Virus record (IMG/VR): IMGVR_UViG_3300016657_000025
Coordinates: 1-39,368 of that record
Origin: a virus
Lineage: Duplodnaviria; Caudoviricetes
DNA: 39,368 nucleotides
Strand: one strand, 5' to 3'
In this document: positions 27,312 through 33,679 of the stretch, piece after piece
How positions within the stretch are numbered: the first letter of the stretch is position 1
How the letters are laid out: each line of letters starts with the position of its first letter
Program-made: the position numbers and the translations under genes
Notes under the pieces: model-generated
The model's input: only the letters and a program-made list of their open reading frames with translations
What the model was told of the DNA's origin: nothing
Databases searched by the model: none

Positions 27312-27929
27312 TTACAGGAGGTCGTCATCGTCCTCATCGTCGTCCTCGCGGGCTTTGCCCTTGGCCTTCGATTTGGATTTGGACTTGGATGCGCCGAAGT
27401 CGTCTTCAGCATTGGGGTTGCCCGCCAGACGCTCACCGTCACCGAGTTTCTGGATGTTCACCAGACCAAAAGCAACGCCCTTGGACTCGTTGTCGTATGC
27501 AAACGCTTTGCAGGACACACGGCATTTAACGCCCGAATAAAACTCGCTCTTGTCCATGATCGGATCGGCGTTCTCGTCCACGATGCCGGGACGATCGGTC
27601 GATTTGAAGCTGACGAAGGTGCCGGGCTCCGTGAACGGGTAGCCGTTTTCTTCGTATTCCTCGTTGTCGCGGAAAGGCCAGTTGTACTTGCCCTTTTTCA
27701 CACCGGCCGCAAAGTCCGGGCCGAAACGCTCGATGCCAACGGCTTTCGCTGCGGCCTTCAGTTCGGACAGGTCTGCGTCTTCGTCGAAACACAGGACAAG
27801 CGAGTATTTCGGATCGCCAACGGGCTCACCTTTTTTGTTCGTCCGGGCCTTGGGGCTGTGAACGGTAACGAAACAGGCGGTGCCTTCGGGGGTATGGAGT
27901 CGGGATGCTTTCGATTTGGTAGTAGCCAT
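27312..27929 (-). CDS. Single-stranded DNA-binding protein, DUF2815 family
   Basis: PKYSL, P.RD, RPGIVD, FYSG..CR and GVAFGLVNIQKLGDGERL; acidic C-terminal tail EDDDEDDDDLL. Confidence 0.88.
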   Translation of the reverse strand: MATTKSKASRLHTPEGTACFVTVHSPKARTNKKGEPVGDPKYSLVLCFDEDADLSELKAAAKAVGIERFGPDFAAGVKKGKYNWPFRDNEEYEENGYPFTEPGTFVSFKSTDRPGIVDENADPIMDKSEFYSGVKCRVSCKAFAYDNESKGVAFGLVNIQKLGDGERLAGNPNAEDDFGASKSKSKSKAKGKAREDDDEDDDDLL

Positions 27930-27981
27930 TTGATTCTCTCAGTTCGGTTATGTTCAATCGGTTCGATTGGTCGTGTGGGTT

Positions 27982-29112
27982 TTAAACGAGTTTTGCGATG
28001 GTCGGTTTCCTTTCTCCACGGGTGATAAGTTTGTCGAGTTTGGTCTTCGGCTTGGGCTCACCGCGCTTTACCGCAGGGATAACGCCCTTGGACGTTAAAA
28101 CCTTTTCGGCCTCGCTGGGCGATATGAGGGTCACACTATAACGCTCTTTTGCCGTTAAGCCAAGGTCTGCCAAAACTTTATTTGCTTTTTCTTCATCTTC
28201 CCACTTGCGGTGGGGTGTGGAGAAGTCCTTTTCGTAGCCCGGAATCTCAACCCCCGCGTGGGCCAGTTCAATCGCCCGTGCCGTCACAGCCTTACCAATG
28301 GCCGTGATGCGCTCAAGGGCGTCTAAAACCTTTGCGATTTGCGCGGGGGATAGAGACTTTGGGTCGGACACAGCAAACTCCTTTTTGGCGCCTTCCATAA
28401 CGGTCGTGTACTGGGCTTCGCAGTTGCCATCTGCGTAACAGTACTGGCAATGGTCCCCGGCAACCCTGGGCGCTTTGCCACTGAAGATGACGGGAATGAT
28501 CGGGATGACCTTTTTCTCCAGCCATGCCGTCAGTTGTGCGTCATTGACGCTGGCCTCGTTGATCGGCTTGCGCTTGCGGGCACGCGGCTGGCACACCACC
28601 TTGCGGTAGTTGCGGGCCTTGCCTGCCTCACGTCGATACCCGATCAGGTATAGCAAGAGTTGTGTGTTGTCCTTAACGTCAACGGTGATGCCGATGCCGT
28701 GTTTGTAGTCGAACGCCACAATCTCTTTGGGCCTGTTGTCGATGATCACGTCAGCCGTGCCGAAACCAGTACCCGGTTCAACGCCAATCGACGCGCTGTA
28801 ATGAACGGTGTGTTCGATGAACAGCTTGGCTTGAGGGTTCGTGGCCATGTAGCCCCGAATCCAGTCCAGCGCGTGGCCTACCCCGTTGACCATATCGTCG
28901 TCAATCGGGAAATGCTTCGGGTGCAACTTTTTCCCGAGGTAGCCTTCAGGCTGGTCATTCAGGATAAGACACACCTCCAGCAAGCCGTGTGCGCTGGTGC
29001 CTTCAATCGAGTACTTGTTTTCTTCGTAAGGCTTGTTTTTATTGGCCTCAATACTTCCCGGGCAGGCAAGCCACCGATGGGAAGCACTGGGGCTCAATAC
29101 GGCGTGTTTCAT
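27982..29112 (-). CDS. DUF2800 family Cas4-like PD-(D/E)XK nuclease
   Basis: HAVLSPSASHRWLACPGS, EGTSAH, FGTAD, DYKHG.G, NTQL..Y and GDHCQYC....C. ATG at 29112 overlaps the upstream stop. Confidence 0.9.
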   Translation of the reverse strand: MKHAVLSPSASHRWLACPGSIEANKNKPYEENKYSIEGTSAHGLLEVCLILNDQPEGYLGKKLHPKHFPIDDDMVNGVGHALDWIRGYMATNPQAKLFIEHTVHYSASIGVEPGTGFGTADVIIDNRPKEIVAFDYKHGIGITVDVKDNTQLLLYLIGYRREAGKARNYRKVVCQPRARKRKPINEASVNDAQLTAWLEKKVIPIIPVIFSGKAPRVAGDHCQYCYADGNCEAQYTTVMEGAKKEFAVSDPKSLSPAQIAKVLDALERITAIGKAVTARAIELAHAGVEIPGYEKDFSTPHRKWEDEEKANKVLADLGLTAKERYSVTLISPSEAEKVLTSKGVIPAVKRGEPKPKTKLDKLITRGERKPTIAKLV

Positions 29113-29315
29113 TCGCCGCAAACCTCGCGCTGCACGTTGAGCATGGCCAGCGCCACCGATTTACCCGCGTTGGCCAGTGCCACGGGGTCAACGGTAACGC
29201 CAAACGGGATACTGCCCATGATGCCGTTCATGGCGAAAGAGAACGCCAGTTTGAACTCATCGTGCTGGTCTTTCGGCAGCGGGAACATATCGGTTTGAGT
29301 GTTTTCTTGTGTCAT
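29109..29315 (-). CDS. Hypothetical protein (68 aa)
   Basis: GGA RBS; ATGA coupling to the DUF2800 gene. Confidence 0.7.
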   Translation of the reverse strand: MTQENTQTDMFPLPKDQHDEFKLAFSFAMNGIMGSIPFGVTVDPVALANAGKSVALAMLNVQREVCGE

Positions 29316-29343
29316 GGTTTTATCCGGTTGAGTTGAATGGGTA

Positions 29344-29409
29344 GGCCGAAAACTGTCCCAGTGGCCGGTCCCCCGGGAACCCCCAGAGGCACTGCGCCAG
29401 CTTTCGGCC
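29344..29409 (-). promoter_or_regulatory. Long intergenic RNA stem-loop (no U tract)
   Basis: 12-bp basal stem GGCCGAAAGCUG/CAGUUUUCGGCC, 3x3 internal loop, CAGUG/CACUG, apical GGUUCC/GGGACC. The G-U pairs favour the minus strand. Confidence 0.6.
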
Positions 29410-29416
29410 CGAAACC

Positions 29417-30001
29417 TTAGATCAGGTCGTCGTCCTCGCCCTCGCCGCCTTCAAGGGCTGCGCCAACGGCGTCGATCGCCTCTTGATACTGGTCTTCGTC
29501 GAGTTCGCTGACCTTGGCGACGCCCAAGTCCTTGAGCACCTTCTTGGCCAGTGCCTTGTCGGCTTCGATGAGTTCCTTGAACTTGGCCGTCACGTCGTCC
29601 AGGCTCGGGCCTTTCTTGGCGCGGGGCTTGCGGGTCTTTTTCTCGGGTTCCGGTGCTTCCGGTTCGGCGGCCATGAAGCCTTCGATGTTCTCCAGCAGTT
29701 CGTTGTACTGGGACTCATCGACATCACCCAGCTTGCCTGCGCCAACGGTGGCCAGTGCTTCGACCATCTTGTCCTTGCCGTGCTTGTCCATCAAGCCTTT
29801 GAGGGCGGTGCGCACGTCGTCTTCGGTGGGCTCGTCCTTAGGTACGGACTTTGACTTGGCGGCAGGTTTTGCAGCAGCCTTTGATGCTCCTGCGCTCTTT
29901 CCTGCCTTATCGCCATCAACCAGAAACATGGTGGACAGGGCCATAAAGGCTTCGCCAATGATCGTGAGTTGTTCTGCAATCGCTTTGTTGTCTTGTGACA
30001 T
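29417..30001 (-). CDS. Acidic protein with two copies of a small helical domain, of a type often found upstream of DUF2800 genes
   Basis: AAGGAACC RBS before ATG 30001. Repeated unit DDV......L....G..K....DE.QY.E; ends EDDDLI. Confidence 0.75.
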   Translation of the reverse strand: MSQDNKAIAEQLTIIGEAFMALSTMFLVDGDKAGKSAGASKAAAKPAAKSKSVPKDEPTEDDVRTALKGLMDKHGKDKMVEALATVGAGKLGDVDESQYNELLENIEGFMAAEPEAPEPEKKTRKPRAKKGPSLDDVTAKFKELIEADKALAKKVLKDLGVAKVSELDEDQYQEAIDAVGAALEGGEGEDDDLI

Positions 30002-30064
30002 TTCGGTTCCTTGTGAAGTTACCACCCTATGTCCGGGGTGGCTGCGGTTGTCTTTCGACGATTC

Positions 30065-30406
30065 TTATTTAACGACGATGGCGAGTATACACGCAATAAA
30101 GATAAAACTTACCACACCGCGATAAATAAAATTAGGAGTTACCCTGACTTTATTTTTGCGCTCGGCTTCTTTTTGCTTGACATACAGCAACGCCGGGTCC
30201 GAGTACTCCGGGCCGTAGAGCTTTTCAACCCAACTGGTGTACGGACAAGGCCTGAAAGTCCGGATGTCCTGAAGCCTTTGATACGTGCAGCCGATCTCTT
30301 TGTAGCGGACGTTGGCCAGCATACGTGTCTGTGGCCGTGGAGCGTCATGCGCGATAAAACGGTCCAAGACTTTTACGGGCGTGATGTCCTTAAACTCGCT
30401 CATCAT
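30065..30406 (-). CDS. Hypothetical protein with C-terminal hydrophobic segment
   Basis: GGAG RBS and ATGA overlap with the upstream stop; the 3' end runs through an AT-rich, promoter-like stretch. Confidence 0.55.
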   Translation of the reverse strand: MMSEFKDITPVKVLDRFIAHDAPRPQTRMLANVRYKEIGCTYQRLQDIRTFRPCPYTSWVEKLYGPEYSDPALLYVKQKEAERKNKVRVTPNFIYRGVVSFIFIACILAIVVK

Positions 30407-30528
30407 TTGCTCCGGTAGATGTATTCGGCAATGAACCACACAACGAGGGCGCCAAACACACCGTCAGCAACGGCAATAAGCGCCCAGCCGATCAGGCGGT
30501 CACGGTGCCTCTCGATGATCTTATTCAC
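30403..30528 (-). CDS. Small membrane peptide (41 aa)
   Basis: GTG start behind AGGGGA; hydrophobic LIGWALIAVADGVFGALVVWFIA; overlaps both neighbours. Confidence 0.55.
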   Translation of the reverse strand: MNKIIERHRDRLIGWALIAVADGVFGALVVWFIAEYIYRSK

Positions 30529-30763
30529 GGATGATTCCCCTGTTGGCCAAATAGACCTGAAGCTGGCGCAGGCCACCGACACGTTGTCCGTCGATAAAGA
30601 CCTGCGGCATTTGGCGCACGTCTGGCCACATGGCTTTGAACGCCTCCATCGTGCCCTCTTTGTCGGCATCGACGGTTGAGAACGGCAGGCCCAGTGCGGT
30701 GAGATTGCGCTTGGCGCTCTCGCAGTCGGGGCAGTTGGCTTTGGTAAAGACGGTGATGTTCAT
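30521..30763 (-). CDS. Glutaredoxin (NrdH/Grx-like)
   Basis: VFTKANCPDC active site; RQMPQVFIDGQRVGG. Confidence 0.92.
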   Translation of the reverse strand: MNITVFTKANCPDCESAKRNLTALGLPFSTVDADKEGTMEAFKAMWPDVRQMPQVFIDGQRVGGLRQLQVYLANRGIIRE

Positions 30764-30765
30764 CG

Positions 30766-31218
30766 TTATCTTTCAATGGAGTGGTAAGGGGAACAGGGAA
30801 GCCATACCGTTTTGTACGGGCTGGCCGGGATACGAATCTTACGCTCAACCGGCGCCGCTTTTTGCTTGGGCGGCACGGCCTCCGGCGCAGGTTCTTCGGG
30901 CAGTTCCCTGCGGTATCTGTGGTAGGCCCGGGGCTTCTTGTCCTTGGCGCCTTTGGTGCGGCCACGCGGCTTTTCCACGTAGGCCAGAAAGGCCAGGTAC
31001 TCTTTCTCGTCAACGGCCCAGACGCCGACGTTGCGACTATTGATAACCCGAATTCCGACACGGTGAACCCCCCATCGCTTGTACCAGTGCAGGGCACGCA
31101 GGGTACGCGATACTGAGTCTGCGGTAAGGCCCAAGGCTTGGCCAATCGTTGCCGTATCCAGCGGGCCATATTTGCGCAGGTAATTGACCACGCGGTCTTG
31201 TACGCTGTATGCGCTCAT
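30766..31218 (-). CDS. Winged-HTH DNA-binding protein with basic AT-hook-like segment
   Basis: RVVNYLRKYGPLDTATIGQALGLTADSVSRTLRAL and KPRGRTKGAKDKKPR. Confidence 0.65.
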   Translation of the reverse strand: MSAYSVQDRVVNYLRKYGPLDTATIGQALGLTADSVSRTLRALHWYKRWGVHRVGIRVINSRNVGVWAVDEKEYLAFLAYVEKPRGRTKGAKDKKPRAYHRYRRELPEEPAPEAVPPKQKAAPVERKIRIPASPYKTVWLPCSPYHSIER

Positions 31219-31475
31219 GCGTCACCCTTGATGCCGTGGGCGGCGATGTACTCAGGGATAAGCACCTCAATGTGCAACAGACGATCTTTTGCGCCATCAA
31301 CGCAACGTTTCCACGTTGCAAGCTGATGCTCTGCCATCTTTCGCCCTTTTTCGGTTTTGGCCTCCGCTACACGGGATTGGTATTTCTTCACCTCCTCCGT
31401 GTAGTAGCCAATGGCGCTGAGATGCTCATGCTTTCGACGGTAGAGACCGTCCAAGAATTTCATGCTGATAGTCAT
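31215..31475 (-). CDS. Hypothetical protein (86 aa)
   Basis: AAGGAG RBS; ATGA overlaps at both ends. Confidence 0.7.
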   Translation of the reverse strand: MTISMKFLDGLYRRKHEHLSAIGYYTEEVKKYQSRVAEAKTEKGRKMAEHQLATWKRCVDGAKDRLLHIEVLIPEYIAAHGIKGDA

Positions 31476-32275
31476 GTGTTTTTCTCCTTGAGTTTGGCTT
31501 CGATGGCTCGGCTGATTGCTTTCAAAGCAAACCGAGTTGATGCCGTGGTGTGCTCGGCAAACCCGCAAGCGGCCCCAATGTCCTCATCCGTGAGCCCCAC
31601 CCACGGCTTGCTTGCTGGTGGGGATGTGTAGAGTGGAACGGCCGCAGCGCTCATGTCTGCGCTCATGGCGTCCATGTACTCAGGTTTCCAAACTAAATGC
31701 GGGCCATGCTTGCTGCCGTCAAACTTGATTCCTTCAAACATCCACGCCACCGGCTCCTGTTGCTGTGCCTTTTCGTAAGCCATCAGCCGCTTTTCCTGAT
31801 CGTGCATGGCCCCAATAGCGCGATCAAAGAATGTCCCGTCTTTGATCCAACCACGGATTGCCTCCTGCGTTTCTGGACGCAAGTGTGATAGGTCTGGATG
31901 CTGCTGTGCCGGCTGCTGAACATAATCCGGGTCGGTCTTGCCTTCGCATGGTTCGCAAGGCAACCCGCAAGCCCCGCGCTTTTCTCCGCATACTCCAATT
32001 TTTTGCTGTGCTGGCTGTGGGGATGTGACAACAGCTTCTTTGCACATACTTAGGCATTTAGCCCAGCCTTCTGCATAGCCGTCTTCAAACAGCACGGGCG
32101 ACTGCCCTTTACTCGGAGGCATTGTCGGCCACGCCACCGTCTGCTGCGCTTTGAGGCGTTCGTTTTCTTCGTGCAGTCGGCGCAGTTCGGTGGCGGCTTC
32201 AAAAGATGTGCGCGAACGCTCAGGGGCGGCGCGAAGCTCATCAGCCAGCCACAGGGCTTCGGGCTGTGTGCTCAT
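31472..32275 (-). CDS. Hypothetical mosaic phage protein (267 aa)
   Basis: GGAG RBS; modules separated by QPAQQ linkers; EPVAW and PLYTSPP..WVGLTDEDI motifs. Confidence 0.75.
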   Translation of the reverse strand: MSTQPEALWLADELRAAPERSRTSFEAATELRRLHEENERLKAQQTVAWPTMPPSKGQSPVLFEDGYAEGWAKCLSMCKEAVVTSPQPAQQKIGVCGEKRGACGLPCEPCEGKTDPDYVQQPAQQHPDLSHLRPETQEAIRGWIKDGTFFDRAIGAMHDQEKRLMAYEKAQQQEPVAWMFEGIKFDGSKHGPHLVWKPEYMDAMSADMSAAAVPLYTSPPASKPWVGLTDEDIGAACGFAEHTTASTRFALKAISRAIEAKLKEKNT

Positions 32276-32544
32276 GCTTGCTCTCCTGTTGCTTTGCCGA
32301 TGGCAGCGCGGGCTACCACTTGCGCGTCACCAGCAAAGTGTGTGTTGCGCGGATCGGCAATACGCTCCAGCGCCTCCACCAAATACTTCATGGACTCGGG
32401 CGCAACGCCTGCATTGAACAGTTGCTCACGGGCTTTCTCTTGCATTTGCGCTTCCTTGAGGGTTTCAAGCGCAGATTTTGCCCAGCCGTCCTCAATAGAG
32501 GTGATGGCGCTTTCGATCAGTTCGAGTGTGGTTTGTGTGGTCAT
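32272..32544 (-). CDS. Hypothetical protein (90 aa)
   Basis: GAAAGGA RBS; ATGA coupling. Confidence 0.75.
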   Translation of the reverse strand: MTTQTTLELIESAITSIEDGWAKSALETLKEAQMQEKAREQLFNAGVAPESMKYLVEALERIADPRNTHFAGDAQVVARAAIGKATGEQA

Positions 32545-32568
32545 GGTGTTTCCTTTCGGTGGTTAAAA

Positions 32569-32865
32569 TCAGTGTGGTTCGTTGTGTACCCAGACTTCGT
32601 TGCCGGTGTCTGGGTCTTTGTAGTCAAGGATCGGATGGCACCAGCAGTTCTCGCTGGCTTCGTGTTCGCGTGGCTGCTGCTGCTGCGCTGGCTGCTCGGC
32701 CAGTGCTTCGCGGATGGCGGTGATGGCGCGTTCAACTTTTCCAGTTGTGCTTTGTTCTGCCGGAATCCTCGGACCACCAAACACAGTTGTCAGCGGCTCC
32801 ATATATCCGTGATAACTTTCCAACGCCTCCAGCGCCAGCTTCAACGTCTCGTCTTCCTTGCTCAT
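32569..32865 (-). CDS. Hypothetical protein (98 aa)
   Basis: ATG at 32865 overlaps the upstream stop; LKLALEALE...AITAIREALAEQP, then a H....CWCHP...WVHN tail. Confidence 0.7.
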   Translation of the reverse strand: MSKEDETLKLALEALESYHGYMEPLTTVFGGPRIPAEQSTTGKVERAITAIREALAEQPAQQQQPREHEASENCWCHPILDYKDPDTGNEVWVHNEPH

Positions 32866-33080
32866 GTTGAAACCTTTGCCTTGACGGACAGCACCGTGTC
32901 CGGGTAAAGCTGCTGCACCGCCCAGATAACTTTCCGGATTGAAGGCGGGCGGCATTCGACTTCCTGCATGTCGAAGTCCACGGAGTCTTTGACTGCGCCC
33001 TCGACGTTATCGTGGCGTGACCAGACAAACCGGCACACCTCTGTCGTGCCAGCAGTCATCGTTATTAGTACCTTATACAT
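32862..33080 (-). CDS. Hypothetical protein (72 aa)
   Basis: GGGAG RBS before ATG 33080; overlaps both neighbours. Confidence 0.6.
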   Translation of the reverse strand: MYKVLITMTAGTTEVCRFVWSRHDNVEGAVKDSVDFDMQEVECRPPSIRKVIWAVQQLYPDTVLSVKAKVST

Positions 33081-33381
33081 TCTGCGACTCCCGGTAAATC
33101 CGAGACAGTTCAAGCATGAGAAGTTCAAGCGGGTTGCGCTCGATGTCATGCTCCCACATATATAGAACATATAGTCTGTCGCCCCAGTGCACATACGTCC
33201 GTAAGTACCGATAATCGGTGACTCGGAATACCGCCGATGGGTCAGGGCCGTTGTTGTCGAGCACACTTTGCAATGGCTGTGGTGCAGCGACTTTGATGAC
33301 AGGGGTGATTTGTACATCGACCGCAAACCGCTGGCCGCTGAGTGGGCCACCGATTAGCAGTACTGATTCGGTCAAGTTCAT
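33073..33381 (-). CDS. Hypothetical protein (102 aa), first gene of the leftward operon
   Basis: GAAAGGAAC RBS; N-terminal LIGGPLSG motif. Confidence 0.7.
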   Translation of the reverse strand: MNLTESVLLIGGPLSGQRFAVDVQITPVIKVAAPQPLQSVLDNNGPDPSAVFRVTDYRYLRTYVHWGDRLYVLYMWEHDIERNPLELLMLELSRIYRESQNV

Positions 33382-33409
33382 TTAAGTTCCTTTCACTGAA
33401 CGAGGCTCG

Positions 33410-33459
33410 ACTATACGATAAAACCCAGATAAAAACCACCCTGTTACAAATTTTTATCG
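33410..33459 (-). promoter_or_regulatory. Candidate leftward promoter with GATAAAA boxes
   Basis: TATAGT (-10-like) at 33415-33410, no canonical -35, and three GATAAAA boxes (two direct, one inverted) upstream. Confidence 0.45.
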
Positions 33460-33466
33460 ACCAGAC

Positions 33467-33491
33467 AAAAAAGAACCCGCCGAAGCGGGTT
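33467..33491 (-). terminator. Intrinsic terminator of the candidate small RNA
   Basis: AACCCGC-TTCG-GCGGGTT-C-TTTTTT on the minus strand. Confidence 0.88.
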
Positions 33492-33586
33492 GTGAGGATG
33501 AGTCTTCCAATCAAGGTGTGCGCCAATCGCCAAGGCCAACAGGAGTGTGAAAGGAACCTTGGAGACAGCCCTGACGACTGACGCAC
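33467..33586 (-). ncRNA. Candidate ~120-nt small RNA with a 21-bp stem and an anti-Shine-Dalgarno loop
   Basis: Promoter and terminator bracket it. 33586-33566 pairs with 33538-33518 without a mismatch using six G-U pairs, which works only on the minus strand. Loop sequence is UCUCCAAGGUUCCUUUCACACUCCUGU. Confidence 0.72.
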
Positions 33587-33593
33587 GGGGGCC

Positions 33594-33602
33594 ATCATAC
33601 CA
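33594..33602 (-). promoter_or_regulatory. Extended -10 promoter (TGgTATGAT) for the candidate small RNA
   Basis: Near-match to TGnTATAAT, with 7 nt between it and the first base of the stem. Confidence 0.6.
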
Positions 33603-33679
33603 CCAATACCGTAAGACTGCACCGCATCTTTCTGTGGCAGAATGTCCGTCCTACTATAAAGACCGGAGTGTGAAAACCC

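Noticed and set aside
27982-29112. Cas4-like nuclease as part of a CRISPR-Cas system
   Set aside because: It sits in the common DUF2800-DUF2815-polA-VRR-NUC-helicase replication module; no other cas genes or array are present.
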